Origin: Octopus sinensis
Lineage: Eukaryota
Length of the DNA stretch: 64,000 bases
Assembly (NCBI RefSeq): GCF_006345805.1
Contig: NC_043010.1
Location: 3,906,001 to 3,970,000, forward strand
Reading direction: 5' to 3'
This document shows, in pieces, positions 1-11,581 of this stretch. Below the pieces are notes generated by a model. It saw only the letters and a list, made by a program, of their open reading frames with translations, had not been told where the DNA came from and did not search any database. Numbering within the stretch: position 1 is the stretch's first letter; every line of letters starts with the position of its first letter. Both the position numbers and the translations under genes were made by a program.

Positions 1-40
1 CCATGTTTTATTGTCCTTTTCCATTAATTGTTTCTATGCT

Positions 41-259
41 GGACCCCCCTGGAACCTGTACAGGTGGCATGTAAAAAGCACCCACTACACTCGCGGAGTG
101 GTTGGCGTTAGGAAGGGCATCCAGCTGTAGAAACTCTGCCAGATCAGACTGGAGCCTGATGCAGCCCCTGGCTTCCCAGACCCTGGTCGAACCGTCCAAA
201 CCCGTGCTAGCGTGGAAAACGGACGTTAAATGATGATGATGATGATGATGATGATGATG
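41..259 (+). mobile_element. (GAT)n-tailed interspersed repeat family A (SINE or LINE 3' end)
   Basis: GGTTGGCGTTAGGAAGGGCATCCAGC...GGACGTTAAATGATGATG; related copies at 9343-9535 (+), 30062-30330 (-), 50361-50692 (-). Confidence 0.8.
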
Positions 260-505
260 TCTCATTTGGAATTTTCACCTTGATTTCTGGTGCACACTTC
301 ATTTGAGTATTGTATCTCTCTGTATGTAAATATATATGTATTATTGTGTATATCATAGTTTTAAAATTGGATACATTACATTCCTGCATGTTACAAGAGT
401 TGACTGCAGAAATAGCATTCTGTTGTAAAACACTGCCATAGATAACTTATCCAACCCATTCCAATGCAGAAAGTGAACAATAAGGATGATGATGATGATG
501 ATATA

Positions 506-1282
506 CAGGGTGTGATGGGTAAATTATCACCATATCATATTTTTAATTTCATGCATGCACATTGTTTGTTTTTGATTTTTTCGACTACACTGTAGAGTAG
601 GGTCAGTTGGGCACCGTCTGTGAGAAAATCAGCACCATGACACAATTCACTCTGCCAGAAATTTGGAAGCGACATGCTGTACTGCTTGGCATTTGCACTG
701 GAAGCTCTAATATGAAGATTTCAGAGTGTTTGGATATTAGTCTGAGGACACGAACTCCCGGACTTCCCACACAGACTCAGACTCAACATGGTGGCCTACA
801 TCTAGTGCCTAGAGGAGGTAGTGCTGCCCTGGGTTGAGAGGGTGGCTGCTGGAAGACCCTATGTCTGGAAACAGGACTCTGCACCATGCCACATGAGCAG
901 GAGAACCCAGTGATGGCTGTTAGACAATTTCTGTGCCCACATCATCCCTAACATCTGGCCACTTAACTCCCCAGACTGCAGCCCCCTTGATTATAATGAG
1001 TGAGAGACCAACCAAACTCCTTGTAACACCAAAGATGAACTGGAGGCAAGGATTATGGCTGCATTCACTGACTTAAACAAGGAGACTGTCCAGATGAGTT
1101 GTAAGAGATTCCAAAGTCGTATGGAGGCTGTAGTTGAAGCCAATGGTGATTTTATTGAATAATTTACTGCTTAGTAATTCAAGACATTTTTTTTGTAATT
1201 TTGCTAAATATATCTGTTGAAATGAGATATCAGTGTTATTTTCATTTTTGCATAACTTAGACAACAGTTTATTCACCACACC

Positions 1283-1285
<3 letters not shown>
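506..1285 (+). mobile_element. Internally deleted Tc1/mariner-superfamily DNA transposon (maT/DD37D-like)
   Basis: TA-flanked imperfect TIRs CAGGGTGTGATGGGTAAA / rc CAGGGTGTGGTGAATAAA; C-terminal transposase remnant WPLNSPDCSPLDY...ETNQTPCNTKDELEARIMAAF...VEANGDFIE-stop. Confidence 0.85.
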
Positions 1286-1344
<59 letters not shown>

Positions 1345-1517
1345 ATAATATTAGGGAATAAATCCAAATTTACAGGGAAAAATCAGATTTAGGATTAAAT
1401 CCAATTTTATAGTAAAATATTATATAATATAATTCGAGACAAAACCACTATTTTGCAAAACAAACAAGGAAAGACTTAATCAATACATAAAAATTTTTAA
1501 TATAAAGAAATAAACCG

Positions 1518-1560
1518 CCACTACAATCGTTTCATGTCTTCAATGACATTCGTCAGGTGG
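1518..1560 (-). ncRNA. Minimal type I hammerhead ribozyme motif (mirror copy in the left palindrome arm)
   Basis: Exact reverse complement of 1629-1671. Confidence 0.7.
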
Positions 1561-1628
1561 ATTTTCGATCTCCTAATCTGTTTTAATTTATGAAGTCATA
1601 AATTAAAACAGATTAGGAGATCGAAAAT

Positions 1629-1671
1629 CCACCTGACGAATGTCATTGAAGACATGAAACGATTGTAGTGG
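1629..1671 (+). ncRNA. Minimal type I hammerhead ribozyme motif
   Basis: CCAC-CTGACGA-ATGTC(attgaa)GACAT-GAAA-C(gatt)GTA-GTGG: stem I CCAC/GTGG, core CUGANGA, stem II 5 bp, GAAA, minimal stem III, GUA cleavage triplet. Confidence 0.7.
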
Positions 1672-1911
1672 CGGTTTATTTCTTTATATTAAAAATTTTT
1701 ATGTATTGATTAAGTCTTTCCTTGTTTGTTTTGCAAAATAGTGGTTTTGTCTCGAATTATATTATATATATATATATATAAATAGATATAGATACACACA
1801 CGCATAGACACATATACACATATATCATTAATAAGTATTGGATGTATGCTAAAATACTCATTAGAAAATCCAATGAATTTAATCTAATTAACCTATAGTT
1901 TTTTTATGCAG

Positions 1912-2020
1912 ATGTAAAATGTATGCAGGAGTTAAAATCTCTTATCATTTACTTCACACAAAGAAATGAAGAAGATTATTCTGACATGCTTCATGTCTGC
2001 TTGGCCAGTATCAGACTGAG
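1912..2020 (+). CDS. Candidate internal exon A of an unidentified plus-strand gene (xVKCMQELKSLIIYFTQRNEEDYSDMLHVCLASIRL)
   Basis: Acceptor tttttttatgcag|, donor GAG|GTATGC, only one of three frames open, phase 1 to 2. Confidence 0.6.
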
Positions 2021-2421
2021 GTATGCCTCATTCTTCTGTCCATGAAGAAAACTCATAGCAATCGCTATTTAAATCAGCTACAAACAAGTATCCAGCTGAA
2101 GTGGTGTGCTGAATTTGTATATTGTTCATCTGTTAGTAGCATGATTAAATAATAAGTAATTGTAAATGATATCCATTACAAAATTTAAGATAAACTTAAT
2201 GTAGTTACAGTACAGGATTAATTCTCTGGAATGTAAACAGATATAAATATATCTTATCATTCTCTTCACAAACAAAACAATAAAAGGGATTATCCTGACA
2301 TTTTTCATGGCTGCTTGGCCATCTTGTCTTCTGCACCAGAAGAGAATATATAGTAACAGTTATTCAAATCAGATGCAAGCCAGATACACATATATGAATG
2401 TTAGTTGTATATGTGTGTACA

Positions 2422-2517
<96 letters not shown>

Positions 2518-4499
2518 GTAAGCAAAATTCACATACATATGCACACATGTGTATATGTATGTCTAGTGAATAAGTAAATATATATATATATATGTAGTTG
2601 TGTGTGTATTTGTGCCTGTTAAAACATTTTTATGTGTATATATAAATATGCTTCTGTATATTAATATAAGTGTGCTTTTAAAAATGTTAAAAGCACACAC
2701 ACACACACACACACACGTACACACATGTTTATATATGTGTGTATTTAAATTCAAGCGATGGGAAAATTTTTGTTTGATTGGGTTGAAATTGCTTTTTGAT
2801 TGCATTTGAGACTGATGTTTGTGTTTCTCTACAATTCATAATGACTGTTTGCTCTGAAACAGAGCTGAGATACAATAATCAATAGACATATAGTTTCTAA
2901 AGCCAGTCAGATAGCAATTTTTGCACGTAACCTCTGCAGTGTAAAAGAATTGTTCTGAAGCTGAGCATTTAGCCTTTAATTCAGTTTTACTCTGGTGTCA
3001 AATGATTCTATTGTTCAGTTCAGGCAAGTAGTTCTTGAACAAACGAACTTTAGAAATGCTAGTATTGAATCAAATTTTTATTATTTGAAAATAAGCAATT
3101 CACAACTATAATAATATTCATTCTCTCCCAGACTCATGATAGGCTGTGATGATATCTCCTATCAGAAACTCTAATAGGTATATACAATAATTTCTCCTTT
3201 TTTTTTTCATTTTTCATTTTTTTTCTTTTCTGTTTTTTTTTTTCTTTTGCAAATAGGGTTGCTGGCAATGTTATTTATATTTGAAATGTTATCATTGTGC
3301 TATTTATGTTTAAAATGTGAGACAAGAAAACACATTTATATACATACAGACATAAAATATAATTTATAAATATGAAGTCAAATTCAGAAAATAATGATAA
3401 ATTACCAATAATTCAATATTTCTGAGAAAATATGTATATTTTATATGTGTTTAAGTTAAAATAATTGAACAACATATATGTGTTATACTTTGACACTAAA
3501 AAAGCACTTTTTTCTTCTGACTCAGGTTTTTATTTGCTTCTGTAATAGTTGTGTCATTTTATCTATAATAATAGGTTTTTCATAAGATGAAATAATAATT
3601 TCAAATTATAGAAATTAAAGGGTAAATCATCTTGCTACATTCGCTTATAAAATTTTTTTTTTCTTTTTTTCTAATATTTGTGTTTTACATGTATATATTG
3701 TTTATTTTTTAGTTTTATCATTGCCTGCTGATATATTCAAACTGATATATTTGTTTTGGATGAACCATAAATTTGATACAGGCCTTCAAATATTATCTAA
3801 ATTTCAGTATTCATTTAGCACCATAGTTTATAAGAAAATAAAATCCTTATAATATAATCCAGTTTGAAATATTTTACCTGTTTCAGTTGATTTTGTATTT
3901 CCTTTTCCTGCTTATTGCTGAATATGTTGAATTGTGTGTAGGTTCCTTTTAGTAATTGGTAAGCCTTTTCATATATATGGTACATCATTAGAAAATAACT
4001 TAACGGCTGAAAATAATTTTAATCAGCATTACTGAGCTTAAAGAAACAAAATATCAATTTTAGTTTAATTTGTATCATTATTTAATAATAAATAGCCTTA
4101 CTATATTGAATTTATGATTAATTATTGGACCAACATACAACTGACATGTAAAAATCTAACATGACCTTAAGTGAAAGTAATGTGACTTTTCATTTTCAAA
4201 TTAAGAATTTGTTACCAACAACATCTTGAGACTCTTTTGCACTTTCCTTACTGCAGAGACTACCATCTCATTAAATTAGTAATTTCAAGCATAGAAACAA
4301 TGTTAATATTTAGAACCAATAAATATTTAATGCTTCTAGTTTTCTTTAATGTGTGTTTTCTTAATGTTTTGTCTGTTATGATCAAGGAATTGAAACTGAA
4401 CTCATTAATTCTTTGCACAATAGATTTCACTTTGAATCGGTGTAAGTGGTTTGTATAAAAATTGTAAAACTGAAGGAAATTATACATTGTTCACTAGCA

Positions 4500-5500
4500 T
4501 GATAACTAAGCCTAGTCTTTTTATTGAAAAGTTTGAGAGAAGTATATATGAAAGAACACTGATGCACTTGTTCTAACCAGACTAGAAAAGAAAGCCATAA
4601 AAGTGTTAACAGTGTGTACTGAATGAGCAATGGATTAAGGGAAGGAGAGTTAGGGACTATTCAGGTAGAATCAACACATGTATCTGCTGCTTCAGTATGG
4701 TTATTAAGGAGATACAGGTAGTATAACAAGCAATCCATGAAGGATTAGTTGCTGTGTTGTTGAAAGCATGGATTACCAGGCAGCGCAGAAAGTCATCCTA
4801 AATAATTGTTGTAGAAGACCCCTCATCAACTCCTGTGGGACAAACTGGAGAGAAGCTGTTACTTAGGACTTGTGTACATCAATCGAATTTTGAAAGTATA
4901 TAAAGGAGATTTACCAAAATTACTACCAGATTATCTTGAAATGCAGTTTCAGTGTGTCCATGACATGGAATCTTAAATGCCATATTCCTTGTGAGATAAT
5001 TGCAAAAGAAGTTCTTAACTGAGAACAAAGCACTACTTTGTATATGTTGTTTTGGAGAGAGAGCATTTGTGAAAGACTCTTGTTCTGTAGTCTGGTTTCC
5101 TCTAAGGAAATAAATATTAATGAATGGCATTGATATCAGATCAAGGCATGAATGAAGTAACTGGAAGCAAGGTTAGAGATGGTAGTCTCTGCAGTAAGGA
5201 AAGTGCAAAAGAGTCTCAAGATGTTGTTGGTAACAAGGAGTTTATTATTTAATAGCCAGAACAGTAGTGGAATATGTGAAGTAAATTGTATGAAAAATGT
5301 AATACAAACTACCTGAGAAATCATTTATACATTAAAGTCATTGGCTGAAGTAAGCAGTAGAAGTGTTTATGGTGGGAGGACAAGAACTAAGTAAAAAATA
5401 ATTTGTGTTGATAGTTAGATGGTGCACACTATGGAGTGTGGCAGGAAAAATTAAGGAAGAATATTCAGGTGAGATACAGAATGCTTGACCTTGAAGATAT
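4500..5500 (-). mobile_element. Highly degenerate non-LTR retrotransposon RT remnant (L2/CR1-like)
   Basis: NFFCNYLTRN...GHTETAFQDN resembles the W..YL..R...G..S.....SGVPQG RT segment; many stops; boundaries approximate. Confidence 0.35.
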
Positions 5501-8500
5501 GATGATAGATTACAAGTAGCAATAGTGTGTGAAGCAGACTGATGCAATCTAAGTTAATATGTCAAATGGATATCAAACTATTGACGATGATTATACATAC
5601 ATACATACATACATACATACAAACATACATACATACATACAAACATACATACATACATACATGCACACATATACACATGTCATCATCATCACCATTTTTA
5701 TGCCCACTTTCCATACTGGCATATAACTCTGATATAAAACCTGTGGCTCAGTGGTTACTGATGATGTTGACTTGTTCTTCTTTTCGGATTATGGCTTCTG
5801 TTACTTAGTGAGTGGGATTGACTCAGTGCACAGCCTTTCCCCACTTTAAAAAAAATCTTCTTGCCCAGGCATTGCACGATAACAACATTGATTAAGCTTC
5901 ATGCAATAGCCTTACTTGATAACGAGGGGCAGCCACCATATATATATATATATATATATATATAAACACTTATACACACAAGGAAATATGAAGTGACTGT
6001 TATTTCAAAGTTTTGTAATGGCTCATCTGAGTGTACTATTGCTAGTGAAGCATTGAAGGCAAAGAAATGCTGTTTTCTTGCCTCACATAATTAAACTGTA
6101 TTCTTTGAGTCATTTTCAGTTTCCAATGGTTTTTTTCATTTAATTTTAAGAACATAAACTTCAAATCAAATATATATACAATACATATATACATGTATAA
6201 GTTTGTTTGTATAAATGGGAGGAAAAGAAATGAATATATAAATTTGAGTATGTTTATCATTTGTTAGCTGTGAAATTACATGAATGACTCAAAAGTGTAG
6301 AGTTTTGTGCTAAGGAACTTGGCAACTGTTTTGGCCACTTATATGACTTCACAGTGAATAATACAATTGGATACACATATGTACACATACACGCACATGT
6401 ATAAATATGTGTGTGTGTGCGGCCATATGTCACGACAACCTCTATGTGTCAAAGGAGTTAAAAACCCATGAGATGACATAGATATGTATATGTGTGAGTG
6501 TGTATACATATACATATATATGGAGGTGAGTAGGTCAATGTATGAGTGTAGTGTGTGTGTGTGTGTTTATGTATGTATGTATCTGTTGTATGTAGGTGTG
6601 TGTAGCTAGGTATGTAAATGTATGTGTGTGCATGCATGTCCACACATGCTGAAATATGTATTTGGGTTAATATCAGGTTAATAATGCAATAAAGTAAATG
6701 ATAATGTTATTGTTGAAGAATCCATTCATTTTTCAGTATATATATATTGTTTTTATTTTTGTTACTTGAAAGAAAAACCTATTAGTATCTCTGTATATCG
6801 TTTCAATAAGTGAAGCAGTGTAGCAGATTGTAAGATAGATTTATATCCTTTCATGGTTGGCAAAAATTGGCCTTGTTTTCCACAGCAACTATTGCAAGTT
6901 GAGAGCTGTATGAAATTTGGTTGTTTCATTGGAGATAATTTAATTGTTGGTTAATGCTGCGTTACTTTAGATGTTAGATGAGGTCTATACATCAGAGGAA
7001 AGCATGTCTCAGGAATGACTGCTTTGACATAGACTATTAAAATTGAATAAGGTATTTGAAATAGCTACATTGTAGTAGGACCTGTAATTCTATTTCTGAA
7101 GTACACTGAAATCTGTCCAGTAGATTAGTTCCAGTTCAATGGCGTATGTGTTTGCACATCGTTCAAGTATACTGGGTAGTATTCAATTGATGTTTAGGAT
7201 CATTTACTTCTCTCTCAAAAAACAGCAAAGTAGCCGACCCCATGGGCAACATAAAAGATGCTTGTAACAGAGATGTAATGTTGTGAAGAGAATTTATGCA
7301 TGAGTAGAGCCTCATATAACAATATTGAGTTAACTCTTTTTACTGTCAGTGCTGTAGCAAACAGACATATCTAAGTATTTACATTAGTTTCCAAACAGCA
7401 GTCCTTATTATTTGATAGCAGACATGCAAGTTACTTACATTACGTGCTTAAATGGATTTTGTGAGCATAGTTCTCTGACAGACTACGCTTTGAATAGTGT
7501 TGAGATACGCTCTTGTAAAATTTACACATAAAAATATCCCGTGAGTATAGTAACTTTTATTTGGTAAGAGTTAGAGTTATTATATGATAAAATATCCCTT
7601 ATTTGTAGATTGTCAAGTTTGTGAATACAAGCAGCGATTGGTTACATCAACTTGTGTAGATTTTAAGTTTATGATATTTTTGTCTTGGTTAAAATATCTA
7701 AAGTAATGTTGGTTCATACATTTGCTGGATGTGCCAAAATCTTTAGGTTTGCTGAGTGGCTGGAGTAAGGGCTTCTTACCTGAACTTGGAGTCTGTTCTT
7801 GCGGAAAATACTTTAGACCTGTACAAGAATAAAGATTCAATAATATAAAATCACATGTGAACGTATTTGCATGTGAAACTATAAACATGAATGTCAACAA
7901 ATATATATGCATGTAAAAGTATACAAACTTCTTTTCTATGTCATATTACTCATATGATTAAATAATGTAGTCGTAAAGTGTATGAGTGTATGTATAGGTC
8001 AGTTTTGTTCTTTACTCATGATAGAAATTATTATCAGTAAATAAATTGCAGTAGTAGTAGCAGCAGTAATGGTAATTATTAATAAATAAATTATTCACCA
8101 TCCTCATTGCAATTTTACATCTGCTTTACATACTGGCATGGATTGGATGGATCATAACAAGTTAGTTCTCATTCGGAGTTATTACCTTTGTAATCTGGTT
8201 CAAGATTGACATCGTAATTATACATTTCACTTTTGGTTTGATTTCTATGTGTAGATGCCCTTCCTAACACCATCTTATCTACTTGATTATGTTGTCTCTG
8301 TTCACTCACCAACAACTTTACAGAGTGTATTGGGTGCTTTATATCATGGCACCAATATTTGATTGACTGCCTTGTTACAGCAAGAATAAAACAAAAAAAT
8401 TCTTCTCTATTCTACATTGTCTTACTCTTTCAAGATATTCATGACGAAGAGCATTGAATAGGAAAGGATAATAACTATGAAAGTGAAAGAAGAGACAGTA

Positions 8501-10002
8501 GGAGTGTAATGGAAGAGATTGAGAAGAATGTGATGGAGAGACAGCTGGTTTTTGGTATGAGGATGAATGGGAAACAGTGTTGTTACTAATGTCATGTTCG
8601 TTGTTGATCTATGTTGAAGCACCTGGTTATTTTTAATAAAACTGTAAAGTGGGATTATATCCAATTCATTTTGATGTAAGATTTCACAATAATCGTGTCT
8701 CAAGTCCATCACTTGACAAAAATTTTGCCCTTTAGATTTTTTTAAATTCTTTTTAATTGTCAGTAATTAATAATATAAGCAAGCATCTTCAGGGTGAGCA
8801 GGAAGAAAAGTTAGTTACAAACCAATGTAGCACTAATTACACCTACTAAAGAAAATTTGGAGCAAAATATTAATACTGAGTTTAAAAAGAAAAACAGTCA
8901 TTTACACTTTAGCAGATAAAAAAACAAAAACGCATGGACATTGATGTGTTGCTTGTTATCATTTTTTCTATATAATATTATAGATTGTGTGGATACGATA
9001 TGAATTAGTACGTAAATATGCAAGTCTTTACAATCCTTTACGACTCAAGAACTTATTCCAGGGCTATATTTCCATTAAGGGAGAAGAAAGGAAAACAGCT
9101 AAATTGGTACCAGTAACAAAAGGTGATTATGTTCATGGGATGCCCTGAAGCAACCGAGGTGGTGCCTTCAAACTCATGTGTGGGTGGGTCGTCCTTATTT
9201 TTGTTCCACTCTTCATTTTTATATAAATATACTTATGTGTATCTTCACATATATTATAAACCTTTTTCATAACATGTATGAATGGACCAGCCTTTATGGT
9301 AAAATTAAGTGATAAGTTATTGTTGCTGCAGTTCTTGTGCTACATAAAAAGCACCCAGTACACTCTGTGGAGTGGTTAGTATTAGGAAGGGAATCCAGTC
9401 ATAGAAACCAAGACTATGGAACCAGGTGTGGTCCCTGGCCATACCAGTTCCTGGTATGTCAAGCTGTCCAACCAATACTAGCATGGAAAATGGATGTTAA
9501 ATGATGATGATGTTAAATGATGATGATGTTGATGACAACGACAATGACGGGTTTGCAATATTTTCAGGTTTCTTACTGCTGTTTGGAGTATATTCTTTCT
9601 GTAAAACTTCTGGGGTTTCCACCAAGTGCCTTTCATATTTACAACTTATGTCAGCATTAGTTAATTTTATTGGAATTTAAAATGTTCTAGTCTTGTTGTT
9701 GCTGCTGTTGATTATACATGTGCATGTGTGTGTGTGTGTGTGTGTGTGTACATGTATTTATATACATAAATTTATAAACATATATACATGTATATACATA
9801 CATATATATATACTCACATATAGAAATGGTTACATGTATATAACTATATGAACACACATTATTGTATTCTGCATCATTCTTGAAGATAACGTGTGTGCTT
9901 AGCATTAGTTTTTTGCTACATTCTAAATAAAAGACTAATCCTGTTGATAAGAGTAGTTGAAATTCCAACTCACAAACGATAAATGAATATTGGAGTCTAT
10001 GT

Positions 10003-10049
10003 TTAAAAATGCTCTGGAATGAAATGGTTTGAATAAAGAAATGTTATGC
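10003..10049 (-). CDS. Probable terminal coding exon of the protocadherin (G-ITFLYSNHFIPEHF-stop)
   Basis: Acceptor gttgttaatatttcag|GC at 10050 after a 129-nt intron; phase 1 compatible; stop TAA at 10005-10003. A second in-frame acceptor at 10014 would give EHF-stop. Confidence 0.45.
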
Positions 10050-10178
10050 CTGAAATATTAACAACTCTCATGTAAAATATAATTTATTTCTCTTTTGTTT
10101 TAAAATCGTCTAAAAAGTCACAAGATTTTATGAAAATAAACTTAATCTTTTATTACAAGAATAATGTCAAATTTATAC

Positions 10179-10335
10179 CTGGTAGAGTTTCATAATGTCC
10201 AGCATTTCTTTCATTCCATTCTTGATTATTTTCTGCATTTGATGGGATTGTTGATATGTCATTAAGACGGTCAAGAGACACAATTATAGGCTCATGTTGG
10301 CCTATGTCCGAGGCCCTGCTTGAGAGAAAATTGAT
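10179..10335 (-). CDS. PCDH: Protocadherin cytoplasmic exon (INFLSSRASDIGQH...WNERNAGHYETLP)
   Basis: Acceptor ctattgtatttacag|ATC in phase 0 matches the 11581 donor; 157 nt open frame; donor CCAG|GTATAA in phase 1; a clear paralog of this exon is at 50054-50204. Confidence 0.85.
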
Positions 10336-11581
10336 CTGTAAATACAATAGGCGGACCACTGTAATGTAAAACTACATCTGGAATTATAGACTAAAATGTA
10401 TAAGGGATAAAACTACTGTCAATCAGTAAGTTTATATGGATACTTGACATAGCATTATTACTAAATTAAATTTAAAATAGTATTGAATCATGAATTAAAA
10501 GTCTAACTACAAAACATTGGCATCAACAAGATAGGTCAATACTAATGATTTATTAGAAAAAATATTTTTTAAAATATCAGTTTTGCTATAATCAAATTGT
10601 TCTCTCTAATTACTATCTCTATGCTTAATCTAATTGAGATGCTGTGTTGTGATAATTAATGTTTTTTTTCTTGCATATTAATTAGAAAATACAATTAATC
10701 ATGTAAATAGCTGAAAAAAAGTTCATGTAAACACTTTTAGAATTTTTTCATTGCTAGTATTAAGTATCCTTAGCAATAATGTTAATGTGTTTGATTCACA
10801 TCTGCTTATACACGTGGGTATGCAATTTGTGATATGTTATTATGTCAATGCATAATGAATCACTTGTTTCTAAATGAAATGATATGTATTCTGTTATATG
10901 GGGTATAATTTATTCTCTGTTATATTATGTATTCTATTGTAAAATGCAGCTTATAATTATTTATATCATATGTTAGAAGAGATGGTATGTATATACATTG
11001 TTGTGTAAATCCTTTCCATAACGGCATGCATATTAATAACCATTTTAAAATCATAAATATCTCTGAAGGTAATTTGAGAATATCAAATTGACTAGTTTCC
11101 TAAGGATGAAAATGGAAATTATCTTACTCAGAGTTTAAGGGAATAGAAGAATAAATATAAAAATAAACTACAGGAAAATTTCTGTCATTCAAGATAGAAG
11201 GAAACCCAAGTGGGATATTTGCATTTTAGTTCTTCATTTTTCTATATCTTTTGAAAATTTAAATGCTAAGGAAGATAAATTATTGTTTATGAAAATATTT
11301 ATTATTTTCGCCATTTTCTTGTACTCTCTGATTTATATAATTTCCGTTTCTATGAATTTTAATGCTAAGCAATTAACCTATTATATAAATCATTGAAGGC
11401 TTCTTAACTCCACTGCATAAGCTATAATAATCTGTGATGTAATGTGTATTCTACAGAAATTTCAGCTTAATGGTAAAGTTGAACATAGGTTTAGAGGAAA
11501 TTACTTCTGGTGTAATAAACATTGATAATTGCAGGAAAGGAAACAAAAGAAAGAGAAGTAGGAATGAAGGAAAATACAAAC

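Larger units (their letters stand above)
1341..1768. mobile_element. Penelope-like terminal-repeat fragment containing a perfect palindrome (1421-1768)
   Basis: 173-bp arms are exact reverse complements around a 2-nt centre (1594-1595); each arm carries a minimal hammerhead motif of the kind found in Penelope-like element terminal repeats. Confidence 0.7.

Noticed and set aside
4256-4441. Possible plus-strand exon(s) ending at GGT|GTAAGT
   Set aside because: Two alternative acceptors and frames, a hydrophobic low-complexity middle, and no consistent chain with exons A and B.
8435-8600. Strong-looking acceptor followed by a purine-rich protein-like stretch
   Set aside because: All three frames stop within 30 nt of the acceptor; probably an eroded TE.
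11501-11581. C-terminal 26 residues of the 822-aa ORF (VCIFLHSYF...)
   Set aside because: Follows a good CAG|GT donor and is intron-like; a phase-matched exon exists at 10335.
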